Shown piece by piece: positions 1 to 9,644 of a DNA stretch of 37,545 nucleotides. The stretch's first letter is position 1; each line of letters starts with the position of its first letter. Source of the stretch: Methylotenera sp. (lineage in GTDB: Bacteria > Pseudomonadota > Gammaproteobacteria > Burkholderiales > Methylophilaceae); NCBI GenBank assembly GCA_027487055.1, contig JAIYEJ010000239.1:1-37545 (forward strand). Reading direction: 5' to 3'. The position numbers and the translations under genes are program-made. The notes below the pieces were generated by a model that saw only the letters and a list, made by a program, of their open reading frames with translations, was not told the DNA's origin and did no database searches.

Positions 1-2
1 AG

Positions 3-1346
3 TTTGGCGTAATTATAGATGTGGTGATGATGGATAATATCTTGCAAACTAACCGCCAAGAGTTTGCTGGCCTAATGACTGGAACCCTCTTGGTCAGGAC
101 AATTTTATTTGGTCTTATTCCGGCTTGGTTAGTGATTAAGTATTTTCCAAAAGTTGAAAATACTTATGAGGAATTTAAATCTAGATTGAAGATATCAGGT
201 GCACTCGTGCTTGCAATTGTGCTAATCATTGCGCCTTTTACTTCAAGCTATTTCTCGTTCTGGCGCGAGCATAAAATTACGCGTTTTTATGCAAACCCCA
301 CTTACACGGTTTATTCGGTGATTAAATATGTTACACAGCAAATTAATATTGCAAAAATAGTACCTCTAAAACATCTTGCGCAAGATGCGGTAATGAGAGA
401 CTCACCATCAAAAAGAACCGAATTGATGATAATGGTGGTGGGCGAAACCGCGCGCGCTGATCGTTTTTCGTTGAATGGCTACCATAGAGAAACCAATCCA
501 CTATTGGCCAAGCAAAATATCGTGAGCTTAAGCAATGTGTCTTCTTGTGGAACTTCTACCAGTGTTTCTGTGCCGTGTATGTTCTCATCAATGGGCAGAA
601 AAGGCTACGATAAAGAAAAAGCTTTAAATCAAGAAAATGCACTCGATGTTTTGTTTGACCATGGTGTGCAAATTTTGTGGCGCGATAATAACTCAGACTC
701 AAAAGGCGTGGCAACCCGTATGACGTACGAAGATTATAAAAGTCAAACGCTCAATCCAGCATGTGAAGGTGAATGTCGAGATATTGGTATGTTAAGTGGT
801 TTAGACGAATATATTACTGCTAGAAAAGGCAAAGATATTTTGATTATATTGCATCAAATGGGTAACCATGGACCTGAGTATTACAGACGTTACCCCAAAG
901 AATTTGAGAAATTTAAGCCCATGTGTATGACAGGCGAGTTGCAAGATTGCTCGCAAGAAGAAATTGACAATAGCTATGATAATGCGATTTTGTATACCGA
1001 TTATTTTTTATCTAACGTGATTGATTTGCTTAAAAAATACGACGACACGCGTGCTACTGCGATGTTGTATGTGAGCGACCATGGAGAGTCATTAGGAGAA
1101 AATGGTTTTTACTTGCATGCAGCACCTTATATGATTGCGCCAAAAGAGCAAACCCACGTGCCTGCGATTATTTGGATGGGCAAACATTTTGATTATAAAA
1201 AAGAACAACTCTTGCCATATAAAGATTATGCGTTAAGTCATGACGATATATTTTGTAGCTTACTAGTCGCGTTTGAAATTGATACCAAGATGTGCGCAGC
1301 TAAAGAGGAAATGCTGCAAAAAAACTTAACCTTTGCAGCACATTAA
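3..1346 (+). CDS. eptA: Lipid A phosphoethanolamine transferase (EptA/MCR family), 5'-truncated by the window edge
   Basis: Frame is open from base 3 (FGVIIDVVMMDNILQTN). Motifs VVGETARADRFSLNGY, SCGTSTSVSVPCMFS (catalytic Thr), LHQMGNHGP, YDNAILYTD, YVSDHGESLGE. Confidence 0.92.
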   Translation, partial: FGVIIDVVMMDNILQTNRQEFAGLMTGTLLVRTILFGLIPAWLVIKYFPKVENTYEEFKSRLKISGALVLAIVLIIAPFTSSYFSFWREHKITRFYANPTYTVYSVIKYVTQQINIAKIVPLKHLAQDAVMRDSPSKRTELMIMVVGETARADRFSLNGYHRETNPLLAKQNIVSLSNVSSCGTSTSVSVPCMFSSMGRKGYDKEKALNQENALDVLFDHGVQILWRDNNSDSKGVATRMTYEDYKSQTLNPACEGECRDIGMLSGLDEYITARKGKDILIILHQMGNHGPEYYRRYPKEFEKFKPMCMTGELQDCSQEEIDNSYDNAILYTDYFLSNVIDLLKKYDDTRATAMLYVSDHGESLGENGFYLHAAPYMIAPKEQTHVPAIIWMGKHFDYKKEQLLPYKDYALSHDDIFCSLLVAFEIDTKMCAAKEEMLQKNLTFAAH

Positions 1347-1348
1347 GA

Positions 1349-1837
1349 TTACTTACAGTCAATATGCTCTGGTGCATGCGTACTCATTTGATTTTGGATA
1401 ATCCAAAAAACTGCTTGCACACGCTCATCTATATTGCAGGCATTTACATATCCAATGCTACCTTTTGTTTGCGTTACATAACGCAACACTGCTTCTTCTG
1501 AGTTAACAGAATATGGAGGTAACACACCGTTAAAGTATTGGCCATTCCAATAGTCAATCTGTGTTTTAGGCGCACTGCCTAGAACAGATTGTGAGAACTG
1601 AAGCCGCAGTGGGTGCTCGGTACTTAAATTCACAGGCTTAATACGTAATCCTTTTGGCCAATAAAGCTGCTTACGCCAATAAATAAGATTCAGTTGATTT
1701 GGGGCTAATCTGAGCTCATCCACATTTTGATTGCTAGCGACGATGATTGCGATGACTACCTTATTATCTTCGGCCAAAGCGGTGTTCGTCATTTGTATGA
1801 CGCACAGAGACGCAATAAAAATAAAAAACTTAATCAT
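1349..1837 (-). CDS. Small secreted periplasmic-binding-protein-like protein (short PstS/PBP2-like family)
   Basis: Signal peptide; SEEAVLRYVTQTKGSIGYV resembles short PBP2-like proteins; start overlaps the porin stop codon. Confidence 0.6.
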   Translation of the reverse strand: MIKFFIFIASLCVIQMTNTALAEDNKVVIAIIVASNQNVDELRLAPNQLNLIYWRKQLYWPKGLRIKPVNLSTEHPLRLQFSQSVLGSAPKTQIDYWNGQYFNGVLPPYSVNSEEAVLRYVTQTKGSIGYVNACNIDERVQAVFWIIQNQMSTHAPEHIDCK

Positions 1838-2844
1838 TAGAAGAGGAATGCAAACGAAGCTAAAAATCCGCGGGGTGATTCAGGTTGATCACCACTGCCC
1901 CCTGTAAACTCAAGCTTTAATAACTGGGTTGGCTTAACTCGCCATGTTGTGCCTAACAACCAGCGCTCGTCAGAGCCTTCATTGGGGCGTTTAAGCGTCT
2001 CTAAGCGTGTTAACCAATACCAGTTATTTAAGCCAACAGCATTGAGTGGTACTGCAGTTTGTAAATAAGCGCCATTGCCGCCATCTTTGTTGTTGGTATT
2101 AAATCGTTGAAAAGCTTCACCACTGATTTCAACTTCATTTAAAGTTGTCACAAAATCTAGGCCCAACATACGATAACTTGCAGAATTGGGACCCCTTTCA
2201 CGAAAAGATAAAATGGATATACCAATATCTGATTGATTTTTATAGCTAAACCGTGCTCCTTTTACATGTTCAAACTGCAGCTCAAAATCGTCATCTTCTT
2301 CTTGATCTTCGATAATCTCACCAAATAATTTGTATTCAAATGCGCCATTTAATAATGGCAATGCACCAAACACCATAGCGCCATTAGTGCCTGTTGGAAA
2401 GAGTCGTGAAGTAGCCATTGGGCGTGTGCTAGTCCAAACTAAGGGTGAGGCATGAAGCAAGTTCCAGCGGCTATTAGGGGTTAAGAAGCGACCACCCCGA
2501 AAATTGATTTTCTCTGATACATTGTAATCAAAATATAAACGTTCTAAATCAAAATGCCTTTCTTCGCGATTAAACTTTTGATCATCATTCCAAGCAAGTG
2601 GACGCTCTAATTCAAGCTCGCCAAAAAAGCTTAAGCGACTATCGTTTTGCCAAGTAAGTATTAAGCTAATTTCATTGATTGCAGCTTCAGCCTCTTGATT
2701 GCGGTGCAGAACTATACCGGCGCTTGAATAACCACCCAATTTGAAATTATCTCTCCAACTTACTGTTTCCTCAGCAAGTACAGGCTTGCATAGCGTCGCG
2801 CTCAAGGCTAGACTACACATCATGAAAGTAAATAATTTACGCAT
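1837..2844 (-). CDS. Outer-membrane porin-like beta-barrel protein
   Basis: Signal peptide; LERLYFDY...GGRFLTP; amphipathic strands; C-terminal Phe (ASFAFLF). GGAG precedes the ATG at 2844. Confidence 0.7.
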   Translation of the reverse strand: MRKLFTFMMCSLALSATLCKPVLAEETVSWRDNFKLGGYSSAGIVLHRNQEAEAAINEISLILTWQNDSRLSFFGELELERPLAWNDDQKFNREERHFDLERLYFDYNVSEKINFRGGRFLTPNSRWNLLHASPLVWTSTRPMATSRLFPTGTNGAMVFGALPLLNGAFEYKLFGEIIEDQEEDDDFELQFEHVKGARFSYKNQSDIGISILSFRERGPNSASYRMLGLDFVTTLNEVEISGEAFQRFNTNNKDGGNGAYLQTAVPLNAVGLNNWYWLTRLETLKRPNEGSDERWLLGTTWRVKPTQLLKLEFTGGSGDQPESPRGFLASFAFLF

Positions 2845-2920
2845 ATTACGCTCCGCTGCCATTACATACGTAAGGCATTTTCAACAGACGAATATTGTCT
2901 CATAACTCCAATCTATCAGC

Positions 2921-4597
2921 TTGCTTAAACGTCTCTCTATACGTCAATTGTTGTTGTTAGCATTTTTGCTGGCAGGGTTATTGCCCGCCATGATAGTGAG
3001 TTTTTTAAGTTTTTATCAGGCTAGAAATGCGTTAAAAACCGAAATTAAACATGACTTGCAAACTTTGAGTGGTACGGTTGCAAATGATATCGAGCGCGTG
3101 CTATTTGAGCGTATGCAAAACGTGCATTCTTGGAGCCAGCTTGCAGTAATGCAAGATATTCAAATCGGTGATATTGATAAGCGCGTTTCTACTTTTTTAC
3201 AAGAAGTACAAGTGAGTTATGGCGCAATGTATCATTCAATTTATGTGGTGAATACAACCGGTGTTGTGGTGGCGGCAAGTCATGCACAGCAAATTGGTAA
3301 GCAAATGATGACTACACAATTTTGGTTTAAGGTAAACATTGCCAATAAAACATTAACACTTAGCAAAATTAAGCATAACAGTTTGGCAATTTCACAAGAT
3401 GTTATCGATGTGAACACGAATCAAAAAATTGGCACATTGATAGCAGAGTTTAATTGGCAAGTGATTCAAGATTTACTCAAAAATGTGATGCAAAAATCTA
3501 CTGCTGCAGCTTTAATAGATAATCAACTTCATATCATTGCGTCCACCGCTAATTGGGAAAAAATTCAAGCCGATCATGAAATGCATGCTAGTCAAAAATT
3601 AAGTAACCGACTGAATTTACAGGGCTGGCAGGTCAGTATCGAAAAGTTGCATTCAGTTGCGGTAGCACCTGTTCATCGGCTTGGTTATGTTTTTTTAGCA
3701 CTGTTATTAACAACGCTTTTTCTTGCCGCAGTTTTAGTAAGGCCAATCGCCCAATCAATTACGGAGCCGCTTGCTAAACTCACAAATTTTGTAAGTGGAT
3801 TTGCTAAGAATAGAGTCGTGGAAGCTCCAAAAATTGGTCCACCAGAAGTGCAGGAACTGAGTTTCGCTTTTGAAAAAATGATGCAAGATTTAAAAAAGAC
3901 GCAAGCCGATTTAACGCGTGCAGCCAAATTGGCTGTGGTGGGGGAAATGTCCGCTGCGATGAGCCACGAGGTGCGTACGCCACTTGGTATACTGCGCTCA
4001 TCTGCTGATTTGCTCATGCGTGAACCTAAGTTGAGCGCAGAGGGTAGAGAAGTGCTAGGGTTTATTATTTCAGAAACTGAACGCCTCAATAAACTGGTTT
4101 CGAGTTTAATTGATGCTGCACGTCCACGCCAGCCTGCGCTTACCAATGTCAATTTGGTCGATATAGTGCAGAATGTGATTGCTCTTTTGAAAAGCCAAGC
4201 ACAACAAAAAGAAATACAAGTGCTATTCACACACGTTGATAAAATGACTGTGCTTGCGGATGCAGATCAAATGACGCAAGTGCTGATGAACTTGCTGATA
4301 AACGCGATACAAATTTTGCCAAGTAAGGGCAAGATTGAAGTACATTTAACTGAAAATCTAGGCACGGAAAAGATAGACTACATTATTTTGGACGTACTAG
4401 ATGATGGGCCAGGTATCGTGAGCGAAAACCAAACGCAAATATTTGAGCCATTTTTTACTCAGCGCGCTGGTGGTGTTGGCTTGGGCTTGGCGGTTGTAAA
4501 GCAAATTGTGGAAGCTCACGGTGGCGAAATCAACTATCAAACAAGTGCATATGGTGGCGCGCAGTTTAGAATTCGTTTGCCTAAAGTGGTGAGTTAA
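2921..4597 (+). CDS. Sensor histidine kinase (periplasmic Cache-like domain, HAMP, HisKA, HATPase)
   Basis: Two TM segments; H-box SHEVRTPL, N-box NLLINAIQ, DDGPG, FEPFFT, GVGLGL. The TTG start is uncertain. Confidence 0.92.
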   Translation: MLKRLSIRQLLLLAFLLAGLLPAMIVSFLSFYQARNALKTEIKHDLQTLSGTVANDIERVLFERMQNVHSWSQLAVMQDIQIGDIDKRVSTFLQEVQVSYGAMYHSIYVVNTTGVVVAASHAQQIGKQMMTTQFWFKVNIANKTLTLSKIKHNSLAISQDVIDVNTNQKIGTLIAEFNWQVIQDLLKNVMQKSTAAALIDNQLHIIASTANWEKIQADHEMHASQKLSNRLNLQGWQVSIEKLHSVAVAPVHRLGYVFLALLLTTLFLAAVLVRPIAQSITEPLAKLTNFVSGFAKNRVVEAPKIGPPEVQELSFAFEKMMQDLKKTQADLTRAAKLAVVGEMSAAMSHEVRTPLGILRSSADLLMREPKLSAEGREVLGFIISETERLNKLVSSLIDAARPRQPALTNVNLVDIVQNVIALLKSQAQQKEIQVLFTHVDKMTVLADADQMTQVLMNLLINAIQILPSKGKIEVHLTENLGTEKIDYIILDVLDDGPGIVSENQTQIFEPFFTQRAGGVGLGLAVVKQIVEAHGGEINYQTSAYGGAQFRIRLPKVVS

Positions 4598-4619
4598 TAA
4601 GGGTGTTAAGGTAACAAAT

Positions 4620-6029
4620 ATGGATAAACAAAAAATCATCTTAGCGGTAGATGACGAGCCACATATGCTGCGTTTGCTCGAAATCAGTTTAAAGCAAGCG
4701 GGCTATAAGCCAGTATTAGCGAGGGATGGCAAAGAAGCGCTTGATATCGTCAAAAATCAAACGATTGATTTGGTGGTAAGTGATTTACATATGCCGATTA
4801 TGAACGGCTTAGACTTACTCAAGCATATTCGCCTGGAAATTGAGTCTTTGCCATTTGTGATGGTGACGGCAATGGGTGAAATTAAAACCGCAGTCGAAGC
4901 CATGAAAGCGGGCGCCGCAGATTATATTTTGCGCCCGTTTGATTTAGAAACTTTAGAATTAGCAATTGCAAAAGCTTTATCGGTAAAGCGTCTCACGCTT
5001 GAAAATACTTATTTAAAGTCCGTTAATGTCGCTGAATTTAAAGATAGCAGCCAAAGTGGTCTAATCGGCCAAAGTGCACCCATGTTGGCATTAAAACAAC
5101 TGATAGTACAAGTGGCGCCCGAAAAAGCGACGGTGTTGATTACGGGTGAAACGGGCACGGGAAAAGAGCTGGTGGCAAAAGAGATTCATCAATCTTCCGG
5201 ACGCAAAAACAGCTTGTTTGTGGCGGTGAATTGTGCGGCAATACCTGCAGAAATGTTGGAGTCTGAGTTATTCGGCCATGAAAAGGGGGCGTTTACAGGC
5301 GCTGTGAAGGAGCGCATTGGCAAGTTTGAACTGGCCGATGGAGGTACGCTTTTTTTAGATGAAATTACTGAAATGCCCATCCATCTGCAAGCAAAGCTGT
5401 TGCGCGCTTTGCAAGAAGGAGTCATTGAAAAACTGGGTGGTAATAAACAAATTCATTTAGATATTCGCCTCTTGGCGGCTACCAACCGTGACCCTCTGCA
5501 AGCGGTGAAAGCAGGTAAGTTGCGTGAGGATTTATATTATCGTTTAAACGTATTCCAGTTGAGCGTGCCACCTTTACGCGAAAGAGGCCAAGATGTACGC
5601 TTGCTTGCTCAGTATTTTCTAGCAAAGCTGATTAATAATAACGCAATCGAACTTATGAGTGAAGACGCCATCGCACAATTACAATCATATGATTGGCCTG
5701 GTAATGTGCGTGAGCTCGAAAATGTCATCGAACGCGCGACGATTTTATCGAGCAGACAAACCGTAAAACGCCAGCATTTACCTGCCGATATTCAACAAAA
5801 TGGGATACAAACAAGTCATTTAAGCGCTGTAGAAACAGGCCTGGAAGGCGCAACAGTATTGGGTTCTAGAACATCTTTTTCCATTCCAATAATGATTGCA
5901 AAAATTGAAAAAGACATGATTTGTGCTGCATTAGAATTCACGCAAGGCAATAAATCAAAAGCAGCTAAGCTATTGGAAATTAGCGAGCGCTCGCTCTGGA
6001 ACAAGCTAGACGCTTACAAGCTCAAGTAA
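4620..6029 (+). CDS. Sigma54-dependent response regulator (NtrC/AtoC-type: REC, AAA+, Fis HTH)
   Basis: VDDE...SDLHMP receiver; GETGTGKE Walker A; GAFTGA; LFLDEI; WPGNVREL; C-terminal HTH. Confidence 0.95.
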   Translation: MDKQKIILAVDDEPHMLRLLEISLKQAGYKPVLARDGKEALDIVKNQTIDLVVSDLHMPIMNGLDLLKHIRLEIESLPFVMVTAMGEIKTAVEAMKAGAADYILRPFDLETLELAIAKALSVKRLTLENTYLKSVNVAEFKDSSQSGLIGQSAPMLALKQLIVQVAPEKATVLITGETGTGKELVAKEIHQSSGRKNSLFVAVNCAAIPAEMLESELFGHEKGAFTGAVKERIGKFELADGGTLFLDEITEMPIHLQAKLLRALQEGVIEKLGGNKQIHLDIRLLAATNRDPLQAVKAGKLREDLYYRLNVFQLSVPPLRERGQDVRLLAQYFLAKLINNNAIELMSEDAIAQLQSYDWPGNVRELENVIERATILSSRQTVKRQHLPADIQQNGIQTSHLSAVETGLEGATVLGSRTSFSIPIMIAKIEKDMICAALEFTQGNKSKAAKLLEISERSLWNKLDAYKLK

Positions 6030-6058
6030 TAAATTCAATTCAATTTTTTATAAACTTC

Positions 6059-6127
6059 TTGACAAGTGATTCTTAACGTTGTTAAATTAACTACGTTACG
6101 TTAACGTTGTTAATTTAACAATGTAAT
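6059..6127 (+). promoter_or_regulatory. Sigma70 promoter overlapped by four tandem TTAAC-N3-GTTAA palindromes (probable TetR operators)
   Basis: TTGACA at 6059-6064. Palindromes start at 6073 (ttaacgttgttaa), 6087 (ttaactacgttac), 6101 (ttaacgttgttaa) and 6115 (ttaacaatgtaat), an exact 14-bp period. Confidence 0.7.
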
Positions 6128-6153
6128 TTTATAATAAATTTGTTAAAAGGATC

Positions 6154-6609
6154 ATGCTGATGAATGTTTTTGAAAAGAATTATATAAAACCATTAATAAT
6201 TGCTGTGACTCTCACTCAATCGCTATTTGCAAATGCCAGCACGGATCCAAGCGGTTTGTGGAAAACGCATGATGACAAAGGTAAGCCCACTGGTTACGTG
6301 CGTGTGCAAGAAGATAATGGCGTTTATACAGGCACTATCGAAAAAGGGTTAGATACGGATAAAGAAGAAAAGTATTGTACAGCTTGCAAAGATGAGCGTA
6401 AGGGCCAACGGTTGATTGGTATGATCATGATGAAAAATGTCAAATCAAAAGGCGAGGGTTATGAGGGTACAGAAATCTTAGACCCGTTCTCTGGTAACAC
6501 TTACCGCGTTAAATTAAGTTTAAAAGAGACAGGCAAAAAGATGGAAGTTAGAGGCTTTGTTGGCTTTAGTTTGTTTGGCCGCACCCAAATGTGGGAAAGG
6601 GTAGAATAG
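6154..6609 (+). CDS. DUF2147 family secreted protein
   Basis: Signal peptide; GLWKTHDD, C-x2-C, ILDPFSGNTY, VRGFVGFSLFGRTQMWER. Confidence 0.85.
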   Translation: MLMNVFEKNYIKPLIIAVTLTQSLFANASTDPSGLWKTHDDKGKPTGYVRVQEDNGVYTGTIEKGLDTDKEEKYCTACKDERKGQRLIGMIMMKNVKSKGEGYEGTEILDPFSGNTYRVKLSLKETGKKMEVRGFVGFSLFGRTQMWERVE

Positions 6610-6619
6610 GAATAACAAA

Positions 6620-7090
6620 ATGGAAAATACTTATCTATGGCTTAAAGTAATTCATATCTTTGGTGTGGTATTGTTCTTAGGCAATATTATTGTTACGGGC
6701 TGGTGGAAAAATATGGCCGACTTAACCAAAAACGCACAAATTATTGCCTATGCTCAGCGGCAAGTCACACTTACTGACTTTATATTTACGGGAGGTGGTG
6801 TGTTGATATTGTTGGTGGCGGGTATGTTAAATGTCTATTTGCATGACATGAGTTACGAGACAAAATGGTTGGGGCATGGCATGGCAATATTTTTGGTTTC
6901 TGGTGTGATATGGGGTGCTGTACTTATTCCAGTACAAATAAAACAATCTAAAATGGCTAAAGCATTTGCAAGTAGTGGTGAAATACCTGCTAGCTATTGG
7001 AAACTATGTACAACATGGAATCTATTTGGCTTACTTGCTACCTTAATCCCAATAGCAAACCTTTATTTCATGGTATTTAAACCTGCTTAA
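6620..7090 (+). CDS. DUF2269 family integral membrane protein
   Basis: LKVIHIFGVVLFLG N-terminus, four TM segments, C-terminal MVFKP. Confidence 0.8.
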   Translation: MENTYLWLKVIHIFGVVLFLGNIIVTGWWKNMADLTKNAQIIAYAQRQVTLTDFIFTGGGVLILLVAGMLNVYLHDMSYETKWLGHGMAIFLVSGVIWGAVLIPVQIKQSKMAKAFASSGEIPASYWKLCTTWNLFGLLATLIPIANLYFMVFKPA

Positions 7091-7107
7091 TCTTTGGAGA
7101 ATGAATC

Positions 7108-7893
7108 ATGCAATATGCAATTATAACAGGCGCATCAAGTGGGATCGGGCTAGAACTTGCAAGCATCATGGCAGAAAAAGGTCACCACTTAATTTTGGTT
7201 GCCAGACGTGAAGATCGTTTATTGGCGTTAAAAACTAAACTTGAGTCACAATTTAATATTAAAGTGATGATTGTAGTAATGGATTTATCAATACCTAATC
7301 AAGCTAAAATATTATATCAATATTGTATAGATCAAAACTTAACCGTAAATTGTCTGGTAAATAATGCGGGTTATGGTGATTATGGTCAATTTGATATATG
7401 CAAATTAGAAACATACCAAAATATGCTGCAACTTAATATTATGGCATTAACCGATTTAACCGCGCTATTTTTGGATGGCATGAAAAAGAGAAAATCTGGT
7501 CGAATACTCAACGTTGGATCGATTGCGGCTTTTCAGCCGATTCCTAACTTTAGTGTTTATGCAGCAAGCAAAGCTTATGTAATGCAATTTACTGAAGCGC
7601 TTAATTATGAATTACGTGGTTCGGGCGTAACGGTAACTTTATTAAGTCCAGGTGTGACTGAAACAGGATTTGTTGCACGTGCAAATATGCAAAATGCAGC
7701 CAATGCAAAGGGGAAGCTAATGGATGCATATTCAGTTGCGTTGCAAGGATATCAAGCCATGATGCAAGGTAAGTTAAACGTGACTCCAGGATGGAAAAAT
7801 CAACTCATAACGTTTGGCAGCCGAACCATGCCATCAAGGGAAATGTTACTTAGAATATCTGCAATCATACTTAAAGAGACTAAAGCTAAATAA
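7108..7893 (+). CDS. Short-chain dehydrogenase/reductase (DltE-like)
   Basis: TGASSGIG, NNAG, YAASK catalytic motif. Confidence 0.92.
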   Translation: MQYAIITGASSGIGLELASIMAEKGHHLILVARREDRLLALKTKLESQFNIKVMIVVMDLSIPNQAKILYQYCIDQNLTVNCLVNNAGYGDYGQFDICKLETYQNMLQLNIMALTDLTALFLDGMKKRKSGRILNVGSIAAFQPIPNFSVYAASKAYVMQFTEALNYELRGSGVTVTLLSPGVTETGFVARANMQNAANAKGKLMDAYSVALQGYQAMMQGKLNVTPGWKNQLITFGSRTMPSREMLLRISAIILKETKAK

Positions 7894-7896
7894 ATA

Positions 7897-8523
7897 ATGC
7901 CACCAAAACCTAAAACTGAAATTGAACGACAACAATTACGCACATTAATTATTGATGCTGCACGAGAGCTATTTGTAGCAAAAGGTGTAGAAGCTGTCAC
8001 AATGCGCGAAATTGCAAAGCGCATTGGATATTCTGCAACCAGCATTTATTTACATTTTGCTGATAAAGAAGCTGTACTAAAAGCAATTTGCGATACGGAC
8101 TTCTTGGCATTGGCGATATCACAAAAAAGTATGATGCAAATTGCAGATCCAGTAGAGCGTATGTATGCGCTAGGAAGAGGTTATGCAGCATTTGCATTAA
8201 CTCACCCAAATCATTATCGGTTAATGTTTATGACTGCACATGGGCCTAAGAGCCCAGCCGATACAACTTTGCAGCAAAATAGTGCTGAGCAAGATGCCTA
8301 TTATCAATTAAAATCAGTAGTTGCAGCAGTGCATGAATCTGGATGTTTTAGGCCAGAACTTAAAGATGTAGATTTAATTGCGCAAACAATTTGGGCTGGC
8401 ATGCATGGGGTATGTTCGCTACAAATCACGATGGCAAAAGATACATGGATAAGCTGGAGTGAAATTTCTTCAAGACTGCAACTTATGCAAACAGTTTTAA
8501 TGCGTGGATTATTACGGGAATAA
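7897..8523 (+). CDS. TetR/AcrR family regulator with WHG-like C-terminal domain
   Basis: HTH TMREIAKRIGYSATSIYLHF; WAGMHG. Confidence 0.92.
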   Translation: MPPKPKTEIERQQLRTLIIDAARELFVAKGVEAVTMREIAKRIGYSATSIYLHFADKEAVLKAICDTDFLALAISQKSMMQIADPVERMYALGRGYAAFALTHPNHYRLMFMTAHGPKSPADTTLQQNSAEQDAYYQLKSVVAAVHESGCFRPELKDVDLIAQTIWAGMHGVCSLQITMAKDTWISWSEISSRLQLMQTVLMRGLLRE

Positions 8524-8525
8524 AA

Positions 8526-9644
8526 ATGAAAAACAAAGTAATTTACTTAATACTTAGCAGTATTTTTCTAGGGGCATGCGAAAAGGCACCAGAAGTAGTG
8601 CCGCCTGCTAAACCAGCACTCGTTGCTATCGTGAAAAAAAGTGAAGATAGTGGCGCGATGATTTTGGTAGGTGAAGTGAAATCGCGTTATGAATCTAATC
8701 AAAGTTTCAGAATTAACGGCAAAATCATTGAGCGAAAAGTTGAAGTGGGTAGCTTAGTTAAAAAAGGGCAAATATTAGTGCGTTTAGATGCCTCAGATAC
8801 TAGATTAAATGCGGCAGCGGCTCAGGCTGATGTGACTGCGGCAGAAACGAGTTATGTGCTTGCAAAAGCAGAGGTAGAAAGGCAAAGGCAGCTTGTCAAT
8901 AAAAAATTTATTTCGCAATCTGCATTAGATAAATATGAAGCAGAGCTCAAAACCGCTGCCGCACGCGTAAATCAAGCAAAGGCGCAGGCTGCAGTGTCTG
9001 GGAATCAGGCGCGCTACGCTTCACTCATTGCTGACCGCGATGGTGTGGTAACACAAATAAAAGCTGAACCAGGCCAAGTGGTTGAGCCTGGGGCAATGAT
9101 TGCGCAAATTGTTGATTTGAAGCAAATTGAAGTGTTAGTAGCAGTACCAGAATCACGCATGGCTGGTCTGAAAGCTGGCGATGATGTGACGATAAAACTA
9201 TGGGCTGATCAACAAAAAACCTACGTTGGCAAGATTCGTGAAATAGCGCCTGAAGCAAGTTCAGCCACTAGAGCTTTTGATGTACGTGTTAGCATTGTTG
9301 ACGCAGACGAGGCAATTAAACTGGGCATGACAGCAGGTGTAAAATTTGCGAAAAAAGACCAAGAAAAACGAATTCTGGTGCCAACTGCAGCCCTCACCCA
9401 AATCAATAGCAAAACGATTGTTTGGGTAATAGATAAAAACAATATTGCAGACCCGCGTGAAGTTGTGGCTGGTATGTTTAATGAATATGGTACAGAAATT
9501 AAGAGTGGGCTAAAAGCCGATGAGGTAATCGCAATTGCAGGAGTACACACTTTAATAAAAGGCCAAAAAATAAAGCCAATATTTGAACAAAAAATATCAG
9601 AACAGAATATTACTATGCAAACTAACAGTGAAGTTTCACCATAA
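8526..9644 (+). CDS. RND efflux membrane fusion lipoprotein
   Basis: Lipobox LGAC; FRINGKIIERKVEVG lipoyl-like motif; helical hairpin; LGMTA. Confidence 0.92.
   Translation: MKNKVIYLILSSIFLGACEKAPEVVPPAKPALVAIVKKSEDSGAMILVGEVKSRYESNQSFRINGKIIERKVEVGSLVKKGQILVRLDASDTRLNAAAAQADVTAAETSYVLAKAEVERQRQLVNKKFISQSALDKYEAELKTAAARVNQAKAQAAVSGNQARYASLIADRDGVVTQIKAEPGQVVEPGAMIAQIVDLKQIEVLVAVPESRMAGLKAGDDVTIKLWADQQKTYVGKIREIAPEASSATRAFDVRVSIVDADEAIKLGMTAGVKFAKKDQEKRILVPTAALTQINSKTIVWVIDKNNIADPREVVAGMFNEYGTEIKSGLKADEVIAIAGVHTLIKGQKIKPIFEQKISEQNITMQTNSEVSP

Noticed and set aside
2970-2984. TGGCAG-N5-TTGC sigma54-like site
   Set aside because: It lies inside the kinase's first TM coding segment (LAGLL) and is probably coincidental.
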